From: an uncultured Actinomycetes bacterium
GTDB lineage: Bacteria > Actinomycetota > UBA4738 > HRBIN12
NCBI GenBank assembly: GCA_963746995.1
Contig: CAVVDF010000006.1
Span: 15,403-79,402 of the forward strand
Length of the DNA stretch: 64,000 nt
Direction: 5' to 3'
Each line of letters begins with the position of its first letter. Position 1 is the first letter of the stretch. This document shows positions 19,881 to 30,500 of this stretch, piece after piece. The position numbers and the translations under genes were made by a program. The notes under the pieces are model-generated. The model was not told where the DNA came from. It saw nothing but the letters and a program-made list of their open reading frames with translations, and searched no databases.

Positions 19881-20846
19881 GTGGGGTCGCGGCGGTACCT
19901 CCTGAGCAAGACGCTCCAGGCGCTGGTGACCCTGTGGTTCGTGCTGACGTTCAACTTCTTCCTGTTCCGGATCCTGCCCGGTGATCCGGTCGCCACGCTT
20001 GCCCGCAGCGAACGGCTGACCGCCGACGACGTCGCGCGACTCCAGCACGAGCTCGGCCTCGACCGGCCGATGCTGCAGCAATACGCCATCTACATGCGCG
20101 AGATCCTCTCGGGTCATCTCGGCGAATCGCTCCGCAGCGCCGAGGACGTCAAGTCGATGATCGGGATCCGCGTGTGGCCAACCGTGCTGCTCGTGGGGCT
20201 CGGCACGCTGCTCGCGACCTACTTCGGGGTGCTGATCGGCATCCGCGGCGGGTGGTCACGCGGGAGCCGGTTCGATACGAGCTCGCAGTACAGCTCGCTG
20301 GTCCTGTACTCGATGCCCGAGGGGTGGCTCGGCATGCTCCTGCTGCTCGTGTTCTCGGGATGGCTCCACTGGTTCCCCGCGGGCGGCTACTCGAGCGGCG
20401 GGATGAGCGGTGTCTCGCACCTCGTCGACGTCGTCGACCACCTCTTCCTGCCACTGCTGACGCTCACCCTCGGCTACATCGGCGGCTACGCCATCATCAT
20501 GCGGTCGTCGATGATCGACACCGCACACGAGGATTTCGTGCAGACCGCGCGTGCGAAGGGCGTCCCTGAGCGGCTGGTGCGCAAACGACACGTCGTGCCG
20601 AACGCCTTCTTGCCGACGTTCACGCTGATCTTCTTGAGCTTCGGGTTCGTGCTGGGCGGCGCGATCGTGATCGAGACGGTGTTCTCGTGGCCAGGGCTCG
20701 GCTACCTCACGTACAACGCGATCCGCACGCTCGACTATCCGGTGATCCAGGCAGTGTTCCTGATCGCGAGCGCCGCCGTGATCGTCGCGAACCTGATCGC
20801 TGACCTCACCTACGGCTACCTCGATCCGCGGATCAAGCAGGCATAG
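19881..20846 (+). CDS. ABC transporter permease (DppB/OppB-like)
   Basis: 321-aa polytopic membrane protein with a BPD_transp_1 EAA-like loop (ARAKGVPERLVRKRHVVPNA). Confidence 0.85.
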   Translation: MGSRRYLLSKTLQALVTLWFVLTFNFFLFRILPGDPVATLARSERLTADDVARLQHELGLDRPMLQQYAIYMREILSGHLGESLRSAEDVKSMIGIRVWPTVLLVGLGTLLATYFGVLIGIRGGWSRGSRFDTSSQYSSLVLYSMPEGWLGMLLLLVFSGWLHWFPAGGYSSGGMSGVSHLVDVVDHLFLPLLTLTLGYIGGYAIIMRSSMIDTAHEDFVQTARAKGVPERLVRKRHVVPNAFLPTFTLIFLSFGFVLGGAIVIETVFSWPGLGYLTYNAIRTLDYPVIQAVFLIASAAVIVANLIADLTYGYLDPRIKQA

Positions 20847-21761
20847 ATGGCGACCACCGAGACCGTCGTACGCACTCGCAGGGTGAGCCCGTGGTCCCGA
20901 CGGCGCGCAACGTTCGCCGGCCACTGGGCGACCTTCCGGTCGAGCCGGCGCGGGTTGATCGGACTCGCGATCCTCGCGTTCTTCATCACGGTCGCGATCA
21001 CGTCACCCCTTCTCGTGTCGCCGGCGGATCTGGATCCGGCGCTCGCCACCGGCCCGCTGCACGCGCCGCCGCAGGCGGGGTATCCACTGGGCACGGACAA
21101 CTTCGGACGATCGGTGCTCGACTTGCTGATCGCCGGCACGCGCGTCTCGCTGCTGGTTGGGATCACCGCGGCGATCGGGGCGATGGTGATCGGCGCGGTG
21201 GTCGGGATCTCGGCCGGCTATTGGGGCGGCACCAAGGTCGACACCTTCTTGAACGCGTTCACGAACTGGTTCCTGGTGATCCCCTGGCTCGCGCTCGCGA
21301 TCGCTCTCGCGACCGTGCTCGGGGCGAGCCTCACGAACGTGATCATCGTGATCGCGGTCACGTCGTGGGCGAGCACGGCACGTATCGTCCGCGCGCAGTC
21401 GCTGACCGTGCGAGAACGCGGCTACGTCGAGCGCTCGCGCGCGATCGGCGGCGGCCAGTGGCACGTCATCACTCGCCACATCCTGCCCAACGTGTTCCCG
21501 ATCCTGTTCGCGAACACGATCCTGATGGTGGCGCTCGCGATCTTGTCCGAAACGACGCTCGCGATCTTGGGACTGTCGGACCCGGTCGCAATCTCGTGGG
21601 GCAAGACGATCGAGGCGTCGTTCACGGCGGGGGCGGCAACGGCAGGCTGGTGGTGGTGGTTGATCCCGCCGGGCGTCTGCATCGTGCTCGTGACGCTCGC
21701 GTTCACCATGGTGGGGTACGCGCTCGACGAGGTCCTCAGCCCGCGCCTGCGGCAGCGCTGA
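20847..21761 (+). CDS. ABC transporter permease (DppC/OppC-like)
   Basis: 304 aa with an EAA loop (SRAIGGGQWHVITRHILPN). No ATPase gene follows; the next gene is convergent. Confidence 0.85.
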   Translation: MATTETVVRTRRVSPWSRRRATFAGHWATFRSSRRGLIGLAILAFFITVAITSPLLVSPADLDPALATGPLHAPPQAGYPLGTDNFGRSVLDLLIAGTRVSLLVGITAAIGAMVIGAVVGISAGYWGGTKVDTFLNAFTNWFLVIPWLALAIALATVLGASLTNVIIVIAVTSWASTARIVRAQSLTVRERGYVERSRAIGGGQWHVITRHILPNVFPILFANTILMVALAILSETTLAILGLSDPVAISWGKTIEASFTAGAATAGWWWWLIPPGVCIVLVTLAFTMVGYALDEVLSPRLRQR

Positions 21762-21767
21762 CCCGGC

Positions 21768-22889
21768 TCACGCCGGGACGAGCCGGTACACCGGACCGTC
21801 CAGCGACAGCACGTACACCTCACCGTTCAGGTCCTCGCCGAACGACGCCGGGGCATCCACGTGCAACCCGAGGTCGCCGTGGTCGACAGCGCCGTCGGCC
21901 ACACGCAGCGTCTCGAGCTCACCCACGCACACGTCCGCGAACAGGTACGTCCCTGCCAGCGACGGGATCGCCGAGCCTCGGTAGACGTAGCCGCCCGTCA
22001 CCGCGCACTCGCCGTTATCGTGGCCGTAGTCGTAGATCGGCGGCTGCAAGGCGTCGCTCGGATCGCCTTGGAACGGGTGAGTTCCCTCGACGATGTTCCA
22101 GCCGTAGTTCTCGCCGCCGGATGACGATGCGGGCTGCAGGTCGATCTCCTCACGGTCGGACTGGCCGACGTCCCCGATCCACAGGTCGCCGGTCGCGCGG
22201 TCGAACGAGTAGCGCCACGGGTTCCGGAGACCGTACGCCCAGATCTCAGGACGCGCGTCCGGTTCGTCAACGAACGGATTGTCCGAAGGTATGGCGTACG
22301 GCAGGTTTCCCGCCGGTTGCGGATCGATCCGGAGCATCTTGCCGAGCAAGGTGCCGAGCGACTGGCCGTTGCCCAGCGGATCGCCCGCGCTCCCGCCGTC
22401 ACCGAGCCCGACATACAGGTATCCGTCGGGTCCGAATGCGAGGTTCCCACCGTTGTGGTTCGCGTAGGGCTGGGCGACGGCGAGCACCTGGCGGCGCGAT
22501 CGCCGCACGGGGGCGTCTGCCCGCATCGTGAAGGCATCGATCGACGTGTCGCCGTTGCGATCCGTGTAGTTGACGAACAGCGTCTCGCCGTCCGGCGCGA
22601 AGGCGAGGCCCAGGAGCCCTTGCTCGCCGGCCGCTTCCGTGCGACCGCGCAGATCCAGGACCACGAGCGGCTTGGCGCCGTCCGTGTCGATCGCGACGAC
22701 GGTGCCGTCTTGTTGGGCGACGTACAGCCGTGGGTCACCGGGACGCGTCGCCATCGCGACCGGTCGGTCCACGGTCGCGACCAGCTCCAGCTCGACACCC
22801 GAGCGCGCGGTGGGCTCGGCCGGCGAGGTCGCCGTCGACGTACACGAGACAACGAGCGCGAGACCGACGAGCAGCCACCACGTCTTCAC
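21768..22889 (-). CDS. PQQ-dependent sugar dehydrogenase (soluble glucose/sorbosone dehydrogenase family), lipoprotein
   Basis: GTG start and lipobox LVVSCTS. Beta-propeller motifs (GLLGLAF, HNGGNLAFGPDGYLYVGLGDGG, NYGWN). Confidence 0.8.
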   Translation of the reverse strand: MKTWWLLVGLALVVSCTSTATSPAEPTARSGVELELVATVDRPVAMATRPGDPRLYVAQQDGTVVAIDTDGAKPLVVLDLRGRTEAAGEQGLLGLAFAPDGETLFVNYTDRNGDTSIDAFTMRADAPVRRSRRQVLAVAQPYANHNGGNLAFGPDGYLYVGLGDGGSAGDPLGNGQSLGTLLGKMLRIDPQPAGNLPYAIPSDNPFVDEPDARPEIWAYGLRNPWRYSFDRATGDLWIGDVGQSDREEIDLQPASSSGGENYGWNIVEGTHPFQGDPSDALQPPIYDYGHDNGECAVTGGYVYRGSAIPSLAGTYLFADVCVGELETLRVADGAVDHGDLGLHVDAPASFGEDLNGEVYVLSLDGPVYRLVPA

Positions 22890-22953
22890 ATGACGATCGT
22901 ACGGCCCGATGCGCTGCAGAAGCGGTCACAGTCTTGACGCCGGTCGCGGTCGA

Positions 22954-25279
22954 TCAGCTCGAGCCTGCGACGATGAGGGCATCACCGAGCGCTTGCACGA
23001 CGCGGTCGATGTGCTCGGGACCGAACGCCAGGGGTGGTCGGATCTTCAAGACGTTGTCCAGCGGGCCGGTCGATCCGACCAGCACCCCCCGATCGCGCAT
23101 ACCGTTCTTCACGGCGCTCGCGAGCGCCGCGTCTGGCTTGCCGCCGGCACCGACCAGTTCGACACCCGTGAGCAGACCGACGCCGCGCACGTCGCCGATC
23201 GCCGGCGCCCCGATCCCGAGGATCGCGGTGCGCAGCGCGTCGCCGGTCGCCGCCGCCCGGCCGACGAGACCCTCATCCTCGAGCACGTCGAGCACCGCAA
23301 GCGCGGCGGCACACGCAACCGGGTTCCCGCCGAAGGTCGAGAACCACTCCGTGGTCTCGGCCAGGCGCTCGGTCAGCTCGCGCCGGGTGACCACCGCGGC
23401 AACAGGATGCCCGTTGCCCATCGGCTTGCCCATCGTGACGATGTCGGCCGCCACCCCCATCGCAGCGAACGACCACAGGTGCGCACCGGTGCGGCCGTGC
23501 CCGGCCTGGACCTCATCGGCGACATAGACCGCGCCAACCTCGTGGGTCCGCTCGCCGAGCGCGCGCACATAGTTGGACGGCGGCGCGAGGATCCCGTCGG
23601 AGGTGAATCCGCCGTCGACGAAGGTGGCCGCCGGAAGCAGACCCCGCTCCTGCAGCCGCTCGGTCGCGCGGAGGAGATCGTCGGCCGCCTCGTCCGGCGG
23701 CATAGGTGTGCGATACGGATCGAGCGGGTCGAACACCTCGACGTGCCGAGGGCGGTAGCCACCGATCCATTCCTCCGGCGAGACGTCGCTGATCGCTTGG
23801 GTCACGCCGTGGTAGGCGTACCTCGTCACAAGGGCGCCTCGGGCGTCCGTCCACGAGGTGGCCAGACGCCAGGCCGTGTCGTTCGCCTCGCTGCCGGAGT
23901 TGACCAACAGGACAGTGTCCAGGCCCGAGCCGGCGGGCATGCTCGCGACCAACCGCTCTCCCAGCTCAACGGCCGCCTCGTGGAGGTAGCGCATGTTCGT
24001 GTTCAGCAGCCGCGACTGTCGCGCGATCGCATCGCTCACCCTCGGGTGGCAATGCCCAACCACCGGCACGTTGTTGTAACAGTCGAGGAACCGTTCGCCA
24101 TCGACGTCGACGAGCCACACGCCGTCACCGCGAACCAGGTGCAACGGGCGCCCGTAGGTCAGCGGCGACAGAGCCGGCCCGAACACCCGCGTCCGACGGG
24201 CCGAGAGTGACGCATCCTTACTCGGTGACGCCGCGCGCAGCCGCGCGCGCAACGCGTCGCAGCCCTCGGCAACCCAGAAGTCGAGCGCAGGCCAGAGCGT
24301 CTCCTCCCAGCCGCGAAGATAGGCGTTGTCGGGATGCCGAGCCGCACGCCAACCGAACAACACCGCCACGGTCACGAGCCTCGTGGCGAGCAGGTCGGGC
24401 AGCACGTCCAACTCTTCCGGTTCGAGCGCGGTCACCGAGCGGTAGCCGTCGATGAAGCGCATCGCCATCGGCACCGTCTCGCGACGCGTCGCGACCGTCC
24501 AGCAGCGATTCCAGGGCGGAGGACAGGTCGCAGACGAGCGCCGTGTGGCTCATGTCGCCCCAGTCGATGATCCCGCTGATCCTCCCGTCGTCGTCGACCA
24601 GCGCGTTGTCGAGCGTCACGTCGCCATGGATCACCTGCGAGCGAAGCGCCGGCCACCGCGGCCACACTTCTTGTGCGAACCGCTCGAGGACGCGATCGAC
24701 GAGTGCCCGCTGCGCCGGCTCCCCGATCGCATCCGCCATCGGCCGAAGCGCCGCCGCGTGCTGCACGTCCCACAACAGCACCCGCCCCGCCGACGGGTGG
24801 AAGAACGATCGCATCGCACGCCCCAGTCGCGCGATCGTCACCCCATGGTCGTATAACGCATCCCCGCCGAGCTCCCGAGGATCCGCCGACGCACGCCCGG
24901 GCATGAACGAACTCATCCGCACCAGATGCCCGGCGCCGTCCGCGCCCGCTACCTCGGTCACATACGCCCCGGGGCCATCCGCCGGATCCGCGCCTCGCAG
25001 TGGCATCGGTTGCGCGAGCGGCAGCGAGGGATCTGCCGCTCGAGCGTGTAACGCCGCCTCGGTCTCCATGTCGACGATCGCACGCTGCTCGGACGCGTTC
25101 GAGATCTTCAGGACGCCGGCCGGCCCGTCGGGCCCATCGATCCGAAACCCCTGGTCGCGTTCGCTCCCGAGCGGGTGAGCATCCCCGGCGCTGTCGAACA
25201 GGTCCAGCGCGAGCGCAGATGCCGCCGCCGGCGTGAACGCCGGCGGCTCCCCCCGAAGGACGTCGCCGTGCAGCTCCAT
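22954..25279 (-). pseudogene. aminoglycoside-phosphotransferase-like kinase domain fused to a class III aminotransferase (hydroxylysine-kinase/phospho-lyase-like architecture); one frame break
   Basis: The APH domain runs from ATG 25279 (HGDVTLDNALVD, IIDWGDM). The class-III aminotransferase domain is in ORF 22954-24474 (VVGHCHP, ADEVQAGHGRTG, TMGKPMGNGHP). The frames join near 24480-24495. Confidence 0.65.
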
Positions 25280-25385
25280 GGCGCGGATGCTACCCGTCGG
25301 TCTCCGCGGGCCGTTCCTCGCGGCGTGCCAGGACGCGGGCTGTTGCCCGTACACTTCTACGGCCGCCGAACACTGGAGAACCTCG

Positions 25386-26324
25386 ATGCCCCGCCCCACC
25401 CGACTGGCCCTGGCGACGGTCGTCGCAGCGCTCGCGCTCGCGTGCATCACACCCGTCGCGACCGCAAGCCCGCTGGCAACCGATGGGGCGACATGCGTCG
25501 TTCACCGAGGCGCCGTCGGCCGGGCGAACGGCCATCCGATCCGCGACCTCGTGTCGACGAGCGGCCCGGACACACTCTCCCGTTGGATCCGCCGCCACCC
25601 CACGCTCGCCAGGACCGCTGCGGACAGGATCTCCGCGACGACCACCCCTGTCACGATCCCGGTCGCGTTCCACGTGCTCCGTCGCGGCCTGAAGCTCGCG
25701 GGCGGCAACATCCCGCGCGGCTGGATCCTGGCGCAGATCGCCGTCTTGAACGACGCATACAGCGGTGTCACCGGTGGCGCGGACACGGGCATCCAGTTCA
25801 CCCTCGCCTCGGTCGACCGCACGACCGACCCGGTGTGGTTCGAGCAAACCTCCAGCGCAGAGCGGAAGATGAAGGCAGCGCTGAAGGTCGGCGGTCTCGA
25901 CACGCTCAACGTGTACTCGGCCGATCTCGGACCCTCGCTGCTCGGATGGGCGTACCTCGCCCAGGATGCGGCCTCGGTGGGTGTCCTCGATGGTGTGGTG
26001 CTCCACTACAAGACGCTGCCGGGCGGCCCGTGGGGCGTGCACTACAGCCAAGGCGACACGGCCACCCACGAGGTCGGCCACTGGCTGAACCTGCTCCACA
26101 CCTTCAAGGGGGGCTGCAACAACGGGGATCTCGTCGACGACACACCGGCGGAGGCCTCCCCTGCCTTCCAGTGCCCGACCGGACGAGACAGCTGTCCGGC
26201 CGTTGGTGAGGATCCGATCACCAACTTCATGGACTACACCTACGACTCCTGCATGGACCAATTCACCGACGGCCAGGCGGTTCGCATGCAGCAGGCCTGG
26301 ACGGCCTTCCGGGCACCCGCGTAG
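25386..26324 (+). CDS. secreted zinc metalloprotease, peptidase M43 (pappalysin/ulilysin-like)
   Basis: ATG 25386 and a signal peptide. The sequence HEVGHWLNLLHTF matches the extended M43 zinc-binding motif, and the Cys pattern is typical of the family. Confidence 0.75.
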   Translation: MPRPTRLALATVVAALALACITPVATASPLATDGATCVVHRGAVGRANGHPIRDLVSTSGPDTLSRWIRRHPTLARTAADRISATTTPVTIPVAFHVLRRGLKLAGGNIPRGWILAQIAVLNDAYSGVTGGADTGIQFTLASVDRTTDPVWFEQTSSAERKMKAALKVGGLDTLNVYSADLGPSLLGWAYLAQDAASVGVLDGVVLHYKTLPGGPWGVHYSQGDTATHEVGHWLNLLHTFKGGCNNGDLVDDTPAEASPAFQCPTGRDSCPAVGEDPITNFMDYTYDSCMDQFTDGQAVRMQQAWTAFRAPA

Positions 26325-26430
26325 CGCCGCCTGTGCCACAAGGCTTCTGAGACCTGCCGCGGGCTCACTCAAGCCGTTCCTTCAGCCGCCGAAGCCTTCC
26401 GAGAGAACGATTCCGGGAAGGTTCGCGGGG

Positions 26431-27513
26431 ATGGACGCAGCAGAGCTGCTTCGGTATGCGGTCGAACGGCGCGCCAGCGACGTCCACATCAAGGCCGGCA
26501 GCGTGCCCTTCATCCGGGTCGACGGCGAGTTGCTGCCCGCCCCGTTCCCGGAGGTGACACCGACCGAAGCACGTCAGATGGCCGATGCGCTGATGCCGCC
26601 GCACAAGGCGGAGGAGTTCTCGCGAACGCGCGAAGCCGACTTCGCGTACACGGCCGAAGGCATCGGACGATTCCGCGTGAACGTGCTTCGGCAATCGGAC
26701 ACCGTCGGTCTGGCGATCCGATGGGTGAGCCCGGAGGATCTGACATTCGACGAACTCGGACTCCCAGCGGCGATCGGAGGGTTGGCCGACGCCCGGCGAG
26801 GCCTGATCCTCGTCACGGGCCCGACCGGAGCCGGCAAGACGACGACGATCGCGACACTGCTCGGGTTCGTCAACCGGACCCGCCGAGCGCACATCGTCAC
26901 GATCGAGGACCCGATCGAGGTCGTATTCACCGATGCGATGTCCGTGATCCGCCAGCGCGAGGTGGGTCGCGACACCGAGTCGTACGCGACCGCGCTACGC
27001 CAGTCGTTGCGGCAGGACCCTGACGTGATCTTCCTCGGAGAGATCCGCGATCACGAGACCGCGCTGGCGGCCATCCAAGCTGCACAGACCGGGCATCTCG
27101 TGATGTCGACAATGCACACGATCGACGCGGCCGAGACGATCTCGCGGATCGTGGAGATGTTCCCGCCGGAGCAGCAACAGCAGATGCGCGTGTCGGTGGC
27201 AGGGGCGCTCCGCGGCGTGGTGTCGCAGCGCTTGCTCGAGCGTGCCGACGGGCGCGGCCGGGTGCCCGCCGTCGAGATAATGCTGAACACTGGCCGGATC
27301 TACGACCGGATCTTGGACCCCGACCTGGAGCCGTCGATCCACGAGGTGATCGCCGAGAGCCGATTCGACGGGATGCAGACGTTCGACCAGTCGCTCCTCG
27401 ACCTCGTACGCGACGGGCTCGTGACCTCGGAGGACGCGCGCGCGGTGGCCACCAACCCCCACGACTTTAGCCTCGCGCTCGCCACCACGGCGGCCGGGAG
27501 TGGGGATGGATAG
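26431..27513 (+). CDS. pilT: PilT-family type IV pilus retraction ATPase-like protein
   Basis: 360 aa. Walker A GPTGAGKTT, aspartate box IVTIEDPIE, and His box HLVMSTMHT. Confidence 0.8.
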   Translation: MDAAELLRYAVERRASDVHIKAGSVPFIRVDGELLPAPFPEVTPTEARQMADALMPPHKAEEFSRTREADFAYTAEGIGRFRVNVLRQSDTVGLAIRWVSPEDLTFDELGLPAAIGGLADARRGLILVTGPTGAGKTTTIATLLGFVNRTRRAHIVTIEDPIEVVFTDAMSVIRQREVGRDTESYATALRQSLRQDPDVIFLGEIRDHETALAAIQAAQTGHLVMSTMHTIDAAETISRIVEMFPPEQQQQMRVSVAGALRGVVSQRLLERADGRGRVPAVEIMLNTGRIYDRILDPDLEPSIHEVIAESRFDGMQTFDQSLLDLVRDGLVTSEDARAVATNPHDFSLALATTAAGSGDG

Positions 27514-30500
27514 CGCAGGCACCGCGACCGCACCCCCCGTCACCTACCCCGTGTTCGGCGCGGTCGCACTCGGGATCACGGGTCGGTCGGTCTACGACGT
27601 GATCGAGCAGGTGGGTGGCATGTTTGAGTCAGTGGGCGCGGTCTTCGAGGGGTCGCCCGATGCGCCCGGCACCCTGATCGCCCTCCTGCCGCCCTCTGAG
27701 GACGCCGCGATCCGCGCCGCCAGGATGGCGTTGCAGGCGCAGGCCGTGGCTCCGGCTCTTCGGATCGGGGTGGATGCGACCCAGGTCCGCGCGAAGAAGG
27801 AACAGGACGCGAGATGGCAGCAGGTGATCGACAGCGCGGTCCGGCTCCAGAAGGCGGCGCGCACGGGCGAGTCGATCGCGGGCGACGCTATCCGCGACCT
27901 CTCGGCCGGTGGCGCCGCGACGCAAGCGCTCGCGGTCGGCGAGGAGACGTTCCTCCTGCTCACCGGTGTCAGCGACGAGGTCGCCGCACCGCGGGCTGTG
28001 CCAACGGCTGCGGTCGCGCCCGCTGTCCCGATGCCCGAGCCTGCCGCCGCTCCGGCCGAAGCCGAACCGCTCCCGCCCCAGACCGCACGTGCGCCCGGCC
28101 AACCGCAGACGGCACCCGACGTCACCCCGGTTGCCGCCGACGACCCCGAGCCGGTCCCGATCCCTGTCCTCGAACAACCGGTCGCCGATTCGCCGTCCTC
28201 CGAGGTCCAGCCGAACGCCGGAACCGCAGCCGGAGGCGCGCCGCCTGTGATGAACCCCGCCGTTCGGTTCGCAGGTCCGTTGATCGGGCGCGAGCAGCAG
28301 CTGGCGGACCTGCGAGGTCGGTTCGACCGTGTCGTCACGGACCGCGCCGCCGCGTGTGTGGTGGTGACAGGCGAGCCCGGTGTCGGTCGGACGAGGCTGG
28401 CCGAGGAGCTCCTGCAGACCAGCGGAGCTGACGTTCGCCGATTCCGGGTCGGCTGCCTCCCCGTCGACGACGGTGGGGCGCGCTGGCCGCTGGCCGCGCT
28501 GATCGAGGCCTGCACCGACGTCTCACCGACCGACCCTCCCGCGCAGGTGCAGGAACGACTCGCCGCCCACCTCGCCGACGCACCCGACGCCGAGCGACTC
28601 ATCTCGGAGCTGCTCGCTATGCAGGCGCTGGACGGCCGCCTCCAGACCGACGATGTGCGTTGGGCCATCCGCCGGCTCCTCGAGGTCTCGGTCGGTGACG
28701 AACCGACGATCCTCGTGATCGAGGACGCCGACCGGCCCGGCGCTGGCTTCATACGGCTGCTGGCAGATGTGGTGGCCGTGATGCGCGACAGCGCGTTGCT
28801 GGTGGTGCTCACCGCCGTCCGAGAGTCGGAGGCTGTGCCGGCGATCCGGCTCGCGCCACTTCCGCCGACCGAAGCCGCGGCGCTCGTCCGAAGCCTCCTC
28901 GGTGCCGTCGACCCCGGTGTGGACGATGCGATCGCCGCGCGAACGAGCGGTTCGCCGTTCGACATCGAGCAGACGCTCGCGGTCCTCACCGAAACGGGCG
29001 CGCTCGCGCCGGGGCAGGGAACCTGGATGCCGCTCGCGGACATGCGGAGCGTGCCGCTCCCCGACGGGCCGACAGGACTCGTGCGCAGGCGGCTTCAAAC
29101 GTTGCACCCGCATGCGCTCGCCGTGCTCGGCATGGCGGCCGTCGTCGGCGAGATCGTTCAGCCCGCGAGCCTGCTCGAGATCATCCCGCCCGACGCGCGC
29201 GGAACGATGCCCGGGCACCTCACCACCCTCGTCGACCGCGGCCTCCTGGTCGACGTCGGCGATGGCGAGTATCGATTCCGGCATGCACTCGTGCGCGCGG
29301 CAACGACCGGCGGCGTGCCGGCATGGGCGCAGGCGATGGCGCACCTCCGGGTCGCCCGCGACCTCGAGATCGGCGCCGGGGACCGGCTCTGGCGTGTCGC
29401 CGATCGCGTCGGTGGACATCTCGCAGCCGCCTGCGCACGCACGCCGGATCCGCCGACGAGCGACCGCGACGACGCCCTCGAGCTCTTGACGTGGGCGGCA
29501 GCTGCAGCGGTCGAGCACGGTGACCTCGACGGCGCAGCCCGCCTCGAGTACCTGTCCGCGAGCCTCGTCGATCACGACCCGGTCCGCCGGGCCGAGCTGC
29601 TGTACCTGGCTGCGGAGCACGGCGCAACGGCGGCGCCGGAACGGCCCGCCGACCGTGAGATCGCCGAGGCCGCCCTCGCGGCCTCCGTCGCCGGCGACGA
29701 CGTGGATTGGCGAGTGCGGCTCTTGCGAGCCCGGCTCCGCACCACAGCCGGACATGAGGACGCACTCGAGGGCGCTCGGGCGACTGCCGACGACGCGATC
29801 GCCGCGTTCGACGACGATGCCTTGAGCTGGGCGCTCGCGTCGGCGTGGGCGCTCCGCGGGCTCGTGCACGCGGCACGGGCACAGAACGGCATGGTCGCCG
29901 ACGACCTCGCTCGAGCCGCCGACAACGCCGCGGCGGCGGGGCGCTGGCGCGAAGAGACCGCGGCGCTCCGCGGCGCCGCTGCGGCGTTGCTCGACGGACC
30001 CGCCGGCGTCGAGGACGCGGAGGCACGGTGTCGGGGATTCCTCGGACGCGTCCGCGGCCCGCTCGCCGAGCACGACCTGCGGGGTGCGATCGCGCTCCTG
30101 CAAGCGCGCCGCGCGGCGTTCGACGAGGCGCGGGCAACGATCGCGGGATCCGCCGCGGCGCTCGAAGAACTCGGGGCTGCGGCAGACCTCGCCGTGCTGC
30201 TGCGCCGAAGCGCGGAGATCGAAACCCTCGCCGGCGAGGGCCCGGCCGCGGAGCTCCAGATGCAACGAGCGATGGCGGCCGTCACGAACGCGCGCGATGA
30301 ACGCCTGCGAGCGGAGATCGCCGGTGCGTTCGCGCATCTGCTCGCGGCGGACGACGACCGACTCGACGAAGCGCTCGCGCTCGCCGACGTCGCCGAGACC
30401 CACGCCGGCGGGATCGCGGCTCAGGTCGCCTGGCGCATGGCGCGGGCACGCGTGATGGTGCGGCGCGGTCGGGGCGCCCACGCCGAGCGCCTCGTACGCG

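Noticed and set aside
27592-30481. Several long minus-strand ORFs (483 aa, 652 aa, 305 aa) inside the STAND gene
   Set aside because: Typical GC-rich antisense ORFs with Arg/Ala/Gly-dominated composition and no motifs. The plus-strand frame carries the P-loop and cyclase-like features.
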